A stretch of 15,128 nucleotides of DNA from a virus (Duplodnaviria > Heunggongvirae > Uroviricota > Caudoviricetes): the IMG/VR virus record IMGVR_UViG_3300021388_000002, one strand, 5' to 3'. Shown here one piece after another: positions 6,724-14,024 of the stretch. Each line of letters opens with the position of its first letter. Position 1 is the first letter of the stretch. The notes below the pieces were generated by a model. It ran no database searches, had not been told where the DNA came from, and worked only from the letters and a program-made list of their open reading frames with translations. Both the position numbers and the translations under genes were made by a program.

Positions 6724-7989
6724 ATGCACAACAGGTATATCAGGGCGGCTGGCGCGCTGGCTACGCTCGTGCTCGCGGGCAGCACCGCCGCGCTCACGGC
6801 CGGGCCGGCTGGCGCCGCGACAGCCTCCTACAACGACACGCGGGTAACCGCGTCTGGCACACATGTTGTAGACCGCGTGACCGGCGCGGCAGGTGCACGC
6901 GACGTCGCGGCTGTCGCTCCTGCGGTCAGCACGCAGGTCAAGGTCTCGGGCTTGTTTGGCCCTGACTCGGGCGCCGGCACGTACTCGCTTGTGTCCCCGG
7001 CCAGCATCGACGGGGTGACGCTGCAGCTGTCCACGGTTGATGGCGGCAATGTCGTCATCTCAGGCAGCGGCACGCCGAGCAGCACGGCGACCACCAGCGA
7101 GCAGGGCACTGTCCGGCTGGTTTACACCGATGCTGACAACGACGTGGCCATTGTGGACGTCCCAGTAGTCGTTGGCACGAATTCCGTGCAGCTGCAGAAC
7201 CCGGCTGAGGGCAACGGCGGGGCGACGACCTATGAGGTCTCGGACATCAGCTCCGTCAATGACAACACTGACGGAGCCGTGGTGTTCTATGTGACCACGA
7301 CCGAGATCGCCCCGAGTGGCGGCAGCACCGTCACGACGACCAGCACCGCCGAGGCGGCCACCGCGTCCGAGAGCAACCTGCCGACCGGCCTGGCCAGCGC
7401 GCAGCCGCTTTCACCAGCCGGCGCCACTGCCACGCCAGGTGAGTACAACGACGTGCTCGTCCGGGCCACCGACTCGGTAGGCGCCAGTGCACTCGGGGAA
7501 ACCCGCATCACGATCACCGCCAGCCGCGTCAGGACCCCGCGCGTGAGCAGCGTCGGCGACTTCGCCAACGCTTTCGGCAATGGCCCGGACGCCTACCGCC
7601 AGCTGTACTACCCGGGTGCCCGGGTGGCCGGCTGGACCGTGACCCGGGGCGACATCGCCACCAACCTCATCCGCGTCCAGGTGGGCACCACGACCGGGGG
7701 CGCGCCCATCTACCGGCTGGAGTTCGAGCGCTACTTCGGCAGCTCCAGGGGCGCCTCGGGTGAGTGCATGACCCAGGTGAATACCTCCGTGCTGGAGGAG
7801 ACCTGCACCGAGAGCAGCCTGGCGCAGGACTGGTACCTCAACGGCAGCAGCTACCTCACCAATGCCGCTTCCGGCCTGTTCGTCACCCCGCACGGCACCG
7901 GGGCGCTGCTGACCGTCAGCACCGACCCCACCTCCGGCGGTGGCAGCGGTGTCTACCACTGGGTCAGCCTCGGTTCCTACCGCAGCTGA
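6724..7989 (+). CDS. Secreted protein with Ig-like segments and a C-terminal ricin-B-like beta-trefoil (421 aa)
   Basis: Sec signal MHNRYIRAAGALATLVLAGSTAALTAGPAGA/A. Ig-like NLPTGL...TPGEYNDVLVRATDSVGAS. Trefoil-like GECMTQV...ETC...LAQDWYLNG...LTNAASGLFV. The alternative start at 6667 would bury the signal peptide. Confidence 0.7.
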   Translation: MHNRYIRAAGALATLVLAGSTAALTAGPAGAATASYNDTRVTASGTHVVDRVTGAAGARDVAAVAPAVSTQVKVSGLFGPDSGAGTYSLVSPASIDGVTLQLSTVDGGNVVISGSGTPSSTATTSEQGTVRLVYTDADNDVAIVDVPVVVGTNSVQLQNPAEGNGGATTYEVSDISSVNDNTDGAVVFYVTTTEIAPSGGSTVTTTSTAEAATASESNLPTGLASAQPLSPAGATATPGEYNDVLVRATDSVGASALGETRITITASRVRTPRVSSVGDFANAFGNGPDAYRQLYYPGARVAGWTVTRGDIATNLIRVQVGTTTGGAPIYRLEFERYFGSSRGASGECMTQVNTSVLEETCTESSLAQDWYLNGSSYLTNAASGLFVTPHGTGALLTVSTDPTSGGGSGVYHWVSLGSYRS

Positions 7990-8044
7990 GCAGCCGTCAG
8001 CGTGCCCTGACTGTGGCATGATCTGACCATCAGGGGTAACGCAG

Positions 8045-8095
8045 CGGAACCCCGGGCCCGTCTGGTCTCCTCGGGCCCGGGGTTCCGTGTTTTCT
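8045..8095 (+). terminator. Intrinsic terminator
   Basis: Perfect 16-bp inverted repeat CGGAACCCCGGGCCCG (8045-8060) / CGGGCCCGGGGTTCCG (8072-8087), 11-nt loop, followed by TGTTTTCT. Confidence 0.85.
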
Positions 8096-8157
8096 CCCCC
8101 GTGGCCCAGGCGTTACCGGTAGGCTCGGCGTGCTCACTCCCGGCAGAACGGTGCCTG

Positions 8158-9150
8158 ATGACCACCACGTTCACGTACGACTCGCCGCAGGATCACGCGG
8201 CCTCGCTCCCGCAGTTCACCCGGTACGCCCAGAACCCGGTCTTCACCCAGTCCCAGCCCGGCCAGCCATCAGCGAGCCTCTACTGGCCATGGGTTATCCG
8301 GGTGGACTCGATCCTGGCCAGCCCGATCGACGTGTACTACATGTGGTATTCCACCGACCACGGGGCGGGCGGCATCTACCTGGCCACCGCCCCGGACCCG
8401 CGCGGGCCGTGGACCCCGCAGGGCCTGTGCTTCCAGGACAACGTGCCCTCCAGCCCGGCCGAGTGCCCGAGCGTGATCTGGAATGAGCAGACCGGGCTGT
8501 TCCACTGCTACTACAAGTCCGCCCTGCCCCCGGGCCGCTCCTCGCTGGCCACCAGCGCGGACGGCCGGACCAGCTGGACCTTCCACGACCAGATCATCAC
8601 CGCGCCGCAGCCCGCTTACCCCGGCGACGGGTTCGTGGGCTACAACCGGCCCGGCCGGATCGGCAACCTATGGTTCATGCACCACCTGATGGGCGGCGGG
8701 AACAACCCGCACTTCGGGATCAGCTGGAGCCACGACGGGATCACCTGGCAGACCGACCCGCGGCCCCTGGTCTATGACCAGCACCTGACCCAGGGCATCC
8801 TGTCGCCGGATGGCACGCCGCGGCGGATTGAGTGGAACTCCGGCCAGGTCATCCACTGGCGCGGCCGGGACATCTGGATCGGGGAGCTGGCCAACTTCAC
8901 CTCGGGCGGCAACCCCGTGGACCGGGTCATCGCCGCCGCGCCGATCACCGCGAACCTGCGGTCCCTGCTCGGCCCGCCCACCGTGCTGTTCACGCCCGAG
9001 CCGTCGCAGTACTCCTGGGAGAGCGCCAACATGCGCGCGCTGTTCATCCTGCATGACGACCCGGGTGACGGGCAGGGAGACAGGCTGTGGATGTATATCC
9101 AGTGCAACAGCAACGCTTTCGGGCTCGCCGTGGCGCAGGTGGCCGCATGA
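8158..9150 (+). CDS. Five-bladed beta-propeller glycoside-hydrolase-like protein (GH43/32/130-type fold)
   Basis: Blade-like repeats YAQNPVF, YYMWYSTDHGAGGIYLATAPDPRGPW, ECPSVIWNEQTGLFHCYY, FGISWSHDGITW. No signal peptide. The start could be 8101 or 8158. Confidence 0.7.
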   Translation: MTTTFTYDSPQDHAASLPQFTRYAQNPVFTQSQPGQPSASLYWPWVIRVDSILASPIDVYYMWYSTDHGAGGIYLATAPDPRGPWTPQGLCFQDNVPSSPAECPSVIWNEQTGLFHCYYKSALPPGRSSLATSADGRTSWTFHDQIITAPQPAYPGDGFVGYNRPGRIGNLWFMHHLMGGGNNPHFGISWSHDGITWQTDPRPLVYDQHLTQGILSPDGTPRRIEWNSGQVIHWRGRDIWIGELANFTSGGNPVDRVIAAAPITANLRSLLGPPTVLFTPEPSQYSWESANMRALFILHDDPGDGQGDRLWMYIQCNSNAFGLAVAQVAA

Positions 9151-9791
9151 GCTGGATTCAGGACCCCACCGGGGCGCAGGTCCCGGCCGGCCGCGTGGTC
9201 CGCACCCTGGTGGACTGGTCTCCCGGCTGGACGGCCATGCCCGCCACCATCGCCGTGGACGCCGGCACCGGCACCATCACCCCGCCCGCCAGCGGGAACC
9301 CCGGCACGCTGGCGATCTCCGGCTCCGCGACCCGGATCACTTTCGAGACCCAGCAGGATCTGGATGCCACCCAGTTCGCCGAGCTGAACTGGACCCTGTT
9401 CGGGGTGTACGCGAACGTCCAGACCAGCATCCGGCCGACCATCAGCATCGAGAACGCGGCTGGCTCGATCGGTGTGGGCTTCAGCCAGGGCGACGGGGAC
9501 GCCACCGCGTCCCTGCGGATCGGCCAGTCCGGCAGCCCCGTCACGGTGCCCAGCCAGTACATCTGGAACGCCGCCCAGCGCACCGCCCACCGCAACCTGA
9601 CCCTGCAGGTCCGGCCGCCCACGGGCGAGGTCCGGGTGTTCGAGGATGACCAGGTGGTGTTCGAGCTGCCTGCTCAGTACCGCAGCAATACGCTGTGGGG
9701 CGCGGTGCGCTGCCGGTACCTGACCAACACCACGGCGGCTAGCCAGGCGATGTACCTGAACCGGGTGCTGCTGACCGCAGCGCATTCCTAG
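9147..9791 (+). CDS. Beta-strand-rich hypothetical protein, possibly lectin/beta-sandwich-like (214 aa)
   Basis: ATGA-coupled to the propeller gene; Thr/Gly/Ser-rich alternating strands; fold is a guess. Confidence 0.65.
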   Translation: MSWIQDPTGAQVPAGRVVRTLVDWSPGWTAMPATIAVDAGTGTITPPASGNPGTLAISGSATRITFETQQDLDATQFAELNWTLFGVYANVQTSIRPTISIENAAGSIGVGFSQGDGDATASLRIGQSGSPVTVPSQYIWNAAQRTAHRNLTLQVRPPTGEVRVFEDDQVVFELPAQYRSNTLWGAVRCRYLTNTTAASQAMYLNRVLLTAAHS

Positions 9792-9876
9792 CCTGGCGGA
9801 AACCCTGCCTGAGCCCGGCGCCGAAGCAGGAGCCCAGCACCAGGGCGTTGAGCAGGATCACGATGAGAGCGAGCAT
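9739..9876 (-). CDS. Possible 45-aa membrane peptide
   Basis: MLALIVILLNALVLGSCFGAGLRQGFRQAR...; one TM helix plus a basic tail; weak SD; overlaps the convergent gene end by 53 nt. Confidence 0.35.
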   Translation of the reverse strand: MLALIVILLNALVLGSCFGAGLRQGFRQARNALRSAAPGSGTSPG

Positions 9877-9984
9877 GCGGGAGCCCCCGTTCTGTATAGG
9901 TGGTGGGCCAGATTGTCCGCACTCCTATTGTGCCTGGCGTTTTTCCCGCCGAATCTCATGCTGGTGTCTCCTGTTCCGGGCGGC

Positions 9985-10257
9985 TCAGTTCATTGCCCCG
10001 AGTATGCACGAGATAACCGTGACGACCAGGACCGAGAGCGCCGATGACGGGTGCACGATCAGCAGGATGAACGCGCCCAGCGCCCAGGCGACGCCGTTGC
10101 GGACCGCCTTCACGCTGTCCAGGCCCGAGCCGCCGATCGCCGCGACGAGGGTGATCGCCAGGTTCAGCCACAGCCGGTCCGGCCAGATCAGCGTGATGAG
10201 CAGCGCGGGCAGGCCCCAGGCCAGGGACAGCTTTATTGCGTAGATCATCTCAGCCAC
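9985..10257 (-). CDS. Small multi-pass membrane protein, 90 aa
   Basis: SD CAGGAG before GTG; about 3 hydrophobic helices; AT-rich patch at 10288-10300 upstream may be its own promoter. Confidence 0.7.
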   Translation of the reverse strand: MAEMIYAIKLSLAWGLPALLITLIWPDRLWLNLAITLVAAIGGSGLDSVKAVRNGVAWALGAFILLIVHPSSALSVLVVTVISCILGAMN

Positions 10258-10306
10258 AGCGTCTCCTGGTCATGGTCGTGCAGAGTCTCTTAAAGTATTA
10301 GAGCGC

Positions 10307-11047
10307 TCAGGCCGCGGCGATTTGTTCCGTGCGCCAGGCGGCTACCTGCTCAGCTTCCCAGGCGCCGACGTAGGGCGGGATGGCTTCCTTCACCGCATCT
10401 CTGCTGGACATCCAGTCTATTTGCATCACCGAGTACACCGCTGCCTTGCGCTCGTGCCCGGCCACCGAGACGAACTTCCCCGGTACCCAGTGCCCGGCCC
10501 GCGCCACCGGCACCGGATGCGGCCAGCCGCACTCGCGGTTTACCCTGGGTACCAGGTCCCTTCGCCCGGACTGTGCAGGCGGCGGCTCTGGTGCCTTCAG
10601 TACCAGGCCGCCGCCCGCCTCGAACAGCCGGTGCCGGTACCCGGGGCGGCCGAACATCCACATGCAGACCGTCACCGGGCGGATCATGTGCGCGCGGGCG
10701 CCCTCCACATTCTCGATCACGTACGGCAGCCCGGTCGCGTCCAGCAGGGGCCGGGCGGGCCCGATCAGCCGCGGGTACTTCAGCGCGATCTCCGGGCGGC
10801 AGCGGGTCATCTGGCTGTAGCCCTGGCAGGGCCAGTGCGATGTGATGAAGGTGAACTGGCGCACGAACCCCAGGTCGGCCAGCACGTCCAGGGCGTCCGC
10901 GCAGATGAACTCGGCTGCGCCCGAGCGCAGGTAGCCCTCCCGGCAGGCCGGGTTGATATCGACCCCGACGACGTGGTGCCCGGCTTGCACCAGCCCGCGG
11001 GTGCCGCCGCCTTCTCCACAACAAACATCCAATGTAATTTCAGTCAT
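10307..11047 (-). CDS. DNA (cytosine-5)-methyltransferase, short phage type, orphan (246 aa)
   Basis: Motif I LDVCCGEGG, VVGVDI, ADALD, motif IV WPCQ, motif VI YVIENV, YRHRLFE, C-terminal EAIPPY. The start at 11047 is ATGA-coupled to the upstream gene. Confidence 0.85.
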   Translation of the reverse strand: MTEITLDVCCGEGGGTRGLVQAGHHVVGVDINPACREGYLRSGAAEFICADALDVLADLGFVRQFTFITSHWPCQGYSQMTRCRPEIALKYPRLIGPARPLLDATGLPYVIENVEGARAHMIRPVTVCMWMFGRPGYRHRLFEAGGGLVLKAPEPPPAQSGRRDLVPRVNRECGWPHPVPVARAGHWVPGKFVSVAGHERKAAVYSVMQIDWMSSRDAVKEAIPPYVGAWEAEQVAAWRTEQIAAA

Positions 11048-11316
11048 GCGGTCTCCCCCGTTATCTCGGTGATCTCCATCGTGAACGCGCACCCAGAGCC
11101 GTCCGGGGCGACGTCCGCCGCGGCAATCCGGGCCCGGGCGGCGAGGCGGCCATTCAGCATGACCGGGACCTGCCGGCCGATCTGGTGGTCAAAAGCCCCG
11201 GGCGGCAGCTTCGGCGCGAACCAGGCCAGGTCCCGGCCCGGCAGGGGGAACCAGCCCGCGGGCTTCCAGACCCTGTACGTGCTCCCGGCAGCCAGCGGGA
11301 ATGGCGGCTCGTTCAC
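11044..11316 (-). CDS. Hypothetical protein, 90 aa, paralogue of 11753-12055
   Basis: SD GGAGGAG; PPGAFDHQIGRQVP...ARIAAADVAPDGSG aligns with the product of 11753-12055. Confidence 0.75.
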   Translation of the reverse strand: MNEPPFPLAAGSTYRVWKPAGWFPLPGRDLAWFAPKLPPGAFDHQIGRQVPVMLNGRLAARARIAAADVAPDGSGCAFTMEITEITGETA

Positions 11317-11393
11317 CGTCTCCTCCTGGGGTCAGGGGCCCTATGCCTTCTGCTTGTATGTAAGCGTCATGTTGGAGTGCCTATACTCATTCT
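11317..11393. promoter_or_regulatory. Divergent promoter region
   Basis: AT-rich gap between divergent genes. Plus-strand TATACT (11382-11387) ends 6 nt before ATG 11394; minus-strand TAGAAT lies at 11394-11389. No canonical -35 at 17-nt spacing. Confidence 0.55.
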
Positions 11394-11630
11394 ATGAGCA
11401 CCGCCCAGTGCAAGCATCTGATCGAGCAGCGGGGCCGCCAGCGGGCCACCCTGGAGGACTTCCTGCGCCAGGTGCCCGGTGCCCGTACCGTAGAGCCCGA
11501 TGGGCCCGGGCCCTGGTTCATCGCCGGCTACCACGGGGCCTGCTCGGCCTGCGGGTTCGACATTGAGCCCGGGGACGAGATCCGGGCTGACGGCCAGGGA
11601 GGCTGGGAATGCCGTGAGTGCGATCGCTGA
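11394..11630 (+). CDS. Small zinc-finger-like phage protein, 78 aa
   Basis: AGYHGACSACGFDIEPGDEI...WECREC (two CxxC pairs); probably leaderless. Confidence 0.7.
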   Translation: MSTAQCKHLIEQRGRQRATLEDFLRQVPGARTVEPDGPGPWFIAGYHGACSACGFDIEPGDEIRADGQGGWECRECDR

Positions 11631-11645
11631 GCTGCAGGAGGGCAG

Positions 11646-11756
11646 ATGGGGACGCTTATCCTGATCGGCTGGGTGCTGATCGCGCTGGCCGCGGGCACCC
11701 TGGCGGGCGGTGCCGTCATGCTGCTGTTCCGCCCGGGCCAGGGAGCGCGGCGGTGA
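11646..11756 (+). CDS. 36-aa single-pass membrane peptide (not in the ORF track)
   Basis: SD AGGAGG; MGTLILIGWVLIALAAGTLAGGAVMLLFRPGQGARR; its stop overlaps the next GTG (GTGA). Confidence 0.65.
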   Translation: MGTLILIGWVLIALAAGTLAGGAVMLLFRPGQGARR

Positions 11757-12055
11757 TACGGGTTGAGTTCCGGCAGCCCGCGGGCGAGGTCACCGTCCCG
11801 GGTAAGGGCACGTTCCGGGACCGGTTCGCCCCGGATGCGTTCGCCGGCATGCCAGGCCAGCGGGTGCCGTTCCGGTCGGTCCCGGGCGGGCCCCAGGTCG
11901 GGTGGGCCACGGTCGCAGAGGTCCGGGTGGATGACGACGGGCTGGGTGCTACCTGGGTCGTGGACGTGGACCTGCCGGGAACTGCTGACGTGCTGAACCA
12001 GTCAGGCCCGTTCAGCATTGAGGAGAAGGCCAGGGTCGCTGACCAGGAGACATGA
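11753..12055 (+). CDS. Hypothetical protein, 100 aa, paralogue of 11044-11316
   Basis: GTG start in a GTGA overlap; RFAPDAFAGMPGQRVP...ATVAEVRVDDDGLG. Confidence 0.75.
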   Translation: MIRVEFRQPAGEVTVPGKGTFRDRFAPDAFAGMPGQRVPFRSVPGGPQVGWATVAEVRVDDDGLGATWVVDVDLPGTADVLNQSGPFSIEEKARVADQET

Positions 12056-12768
12056 TGGACATGAAGTTCGAGGTTCACCCTTACCAGGCTGGCCACTGGA
12101 CCGACCCGGAAACCCCGTCTGAGGCCCGCCGGGGCAGCGCCGCGTTCCGGCAGGCCGGCCGGCGCCAGGGTAATGAGCGCAACGTCAGCTTCTGGCGCTC
12201 CACCCTGGAGCTGCTGGAGGCCGAGACCAGTGCGCTGAAGCCCGAGCGCGGCAGTTATGTCATTATCGAGGCCGGGTTCGCGGACTGGGACCTGCGCCAG
12301 GATCGCACCGGCCCGCTGGCCCGGGTCGCCGAGTCCCATCCCGGCGTGGTTGTCTCGTTCACCAGCACGCTGTGGGGGCCGATGCGGTACGCCACCGACG
12401 CGTACGAGGCCCGGTATTACGGGGACCCGCCCAGCTGGCAGGCCAACGTCCGCGCGGTCGCCCTGACCCTGGGGGCGCTGCGCTCGATCGACCGCTGGGG
12501 CGTGGCCCGCCGGGGCCAGCAGTACACCGGCTGGAAAGCCCTCCCGGCCAGCGCCGGGGTCACGTTCCCCTCCGCGGATGAGGCACTGCGGTGGATGCAC
12601 GAGCACAAGCCGGAGGGCTTCCTGGGAGACACCACCCGGGAGCTGTACCGGGCGCTGGCTATCCGCATGCACCCGGATTCGGCTAAGCACGTTCCCGGCT
12701 GGTCCCCGGAGGACTGGGAGAAGCTGGAGGCCGCCAAGCTGCTGCTGACCTCAGCGGGCATGCTGTGA
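12052..12768 (+). CDS. Phage-type protein with a C-terminal minimal J-domain (DnaJ-like)
   Basis: SD AGGAG. Core WQANVRAVALTLGALRSIDRWGV...GQQYTGWKALP, and C-terminal LYRALAIRMHPD...WEKLEAAK carrying the HPD motif. Confidence 0.75.
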   Translation: MMDMKFEVHPYQAGHWTDPETPSEARRGSAAFRQAGRRQGNERNVSFWRSTLELLEAETSALKPERGSYVIIEAGFADWDLRQDRTGPLARVAESHPGVVVSFTSTLWGPMRYATDAYEARYYGDPPSWQANVRAVALTLGALRSIDRWGVARRGQQYTGWKALPASAGVTFPSADEALRWMHEHKPEGFLGDTTRELYRALAIRMHPDSAKHVPGWSPEDWEKLEAAKLLLTSAGML

Positions 12769-13283
12769 GGCGCAGCCACAAGCCGCGGGTGCACCACTGC
12801 GGCAGCTGCCCCGGGGAGTTCTCTGGCTGCACCGGGCTGGCCGAGGAGGCCATCGTGACCCGCTGGGCGCGCCGCGTCTTCAGCGGGCTGCCGCTGCACC
12901 CCGACGACCCCACGATGCTCGATGAGCTGCGCGAGTTCCTGCGCGAGCGGGCAGCGGGCCGGACCGGCTGCCTGTGGCGGGAGCGGCGCGAGAACGCGGC
13001 CGGGATGACGTACTGGCTGGAGTGGTGGTGCCGGCTGCCCGCCAGCCAGACCCGGTACCGTGTAAAGCGCGAGGAGTGGGTTCCGCCGGGCGCTGATGGG
13101 CTGGACATCCGGCGGGTCTATGAGATCGAGGTGACCGGTGCCCAGGAAGACCCCATCGCCGGAGCTGCCGGACCCGGTGGTATTCGGCCCGCCTGCGCCC
13201 TCGGGGGGACCGTCACCGGATTCACCCGCGCCCCCGCCCCGCCGGCCGAGGAAGGGACCGGTGGAGACCGCGCTGCGGGCTGA
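12765..13283 (+). CDS. Hypothetical protein, 172 aa
   Basis: GTGA-coupled; N-terminal HCGSC...C; its 3' end overlaps the next gene in another frame. Confidence 0.6.
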   Translation: MRRSHKPRVHHCGSCPGEFSGCTGLAEEAIVTRWARRVFSGLPLHPDDPTMLDELREFLRERAAGRTGCLWRERRENAAGMTYWLEWWCRLPASQTRYRVKREEWVPPGADGLDIRRVYEIEVTGAQEDPIAGAAGPGGIRPACALGGTVTGFTRAPAPPAEEGTGGDRAAG

Positions 13284-13527
13284 CCTGGCCCGGCTGCCCG
13301 ATGGCCTGCGCAAGGGCGCGATCGCGGCGTCCCTGATCCGGCTGGCCGCCGAGCTGGACCTGGGCATGGTCACCGGGCGCGACGCCGCCGGGCACGCCCG
13401 GGAGATCCGGCTGGGCATGCTGACCCTGGCCGAGCTGGCCCCGGCGGGCGAGAAAGATGACACGACCGACCGGACCCGGGAGCGGCGGGAGCGGCGGCTG
13501 GCGCCCGTGCAGTCCCTCGCCGGGTGA
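13138..13527 (+). CDS. Terminase small subunit-like protein (actinophage type)
   Basis: SD GAGGT before GTG. GPVETALRADL...AASLIRLAAELD...AAGHAREIR...L...DDTTDRTRERRERR follows the helical pattern of actinomycete phage TerS. The exact start is uncertain (13138 vs 13261). Confidence 0.6.
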   Translation: MPRKTPSPELPDPVVFGPPAPSGGPSPDSPAPPPRRPRKGPVETALRADLARLPDGLRKGAIAASLIRLAAELDLGMVTGRDAAGHAREIRLGMLTLAELAPAGEKDDTTDRTRERRERRLAPVQSLAG

Positions 13528-13599
13528 GGCCGGAATAAGACGCCCCGTAGCGTCTCTTACAGTATGCTGAGAGCACTGCCTGGCTGAGGGGGAACCGAC

Positions 13600-13833
13600 G
13601 TGACCCACGATGATGCTGGCCGTTCCCGGCCACGCGCGCAGGCCACCTGCCGTCACTGCGGTGCCGTGCTGGAGCAGCGGGCTGGCGGCTGGGCGGACGC
13701 GGACGGCTTTCCCGCCTGCATCAAGGGCGAGATCCATGACCCGCACCCGGAGTCCGGTCTGTTCCACCAGCTGGAGGTCTCCTCGCCTGTCTTCCACGAG
13801 CCAATGCCTGCCGGGCTGCGGGGCGCGGCGTGA
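13600..13833 (+). CDS. Small Cys/His-containing hypothetical protein, 77 aa
   Basis: SD-like GAGGGGG; CRHCG...W...C...H..H pattern; GTGA-coupled to the next gene. Confidence 0.7.
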   Translation: MTHDDAGRSRPRAQATCRHCGAVLEQRAGGWADADGFPACIKGEIHDPHPESGLFHQLEVSSPVFHEPMPAGLRGAA

Positions 13834-14024
13834 CCCCCGGGCCGGATCTGTGGACCGCGCTGGGATGCATCGCGTTCCTGCTGGCTGCCTGGTTCCGCTA
13901 TGAGCATGGCCGGGACCCCGATCTGCCCGTGGCTAACTGGAAGTTCCTGTATGCCGCCTGCCTGCCTGTCCTGGCGTTCACCGTGACGGCTTACGTGATG
14001 GAGGGCCTGGTGACCCGCGCGTGA
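13830..14024 (+). CDS. Small two-pass membrane protein, 64 aa
   Basis: Two hydrophobic segments; GTGA overlaps at both ends. Confidence 0.65.
   Translation: MTPGPDLWTALGCIAFLLAAWFRYEHGRDPDLPVANWKFLYAACLPVLAFTVTAYVMEGLVTRA

Noticed and set aside
6570-8039. CAGGGGTAA at 6570-6578 and 8031-8039 flanking the secreted-protein gene as a target-site duplication
   Set aside because: Only 9 bp, with no transposase or terminal inverted repeats, and the terminator lies outside the pair; could easily be chance.
10322-11566. 414-aa plus-strand ORF
   Set aside because: Antisense to the motif-complete methyltransferase; Arg/Pro/Gly-rich with no domain signal.
10260-12051. Repeated GACCAGGAGAC (minus strand near 10261-10271, plus strand 12041-12051)
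   Set aside because: Both copies sit at ribosome-binding positions, so a shared Shine-Dalgarno context explains them.
11044-12055. P-x-A-F motif suggesting HK97-type prohead protease
   Set aside because: Both proteins are only 90-100 aa, I cannot find the catalytic His/Ser motifs, and no portal or capsid gene is adjacent.
12417-13463. 348-aa minus-strand ORF
   Set aside because: Shadow of three coupled plus-strand genes; low-complexity.
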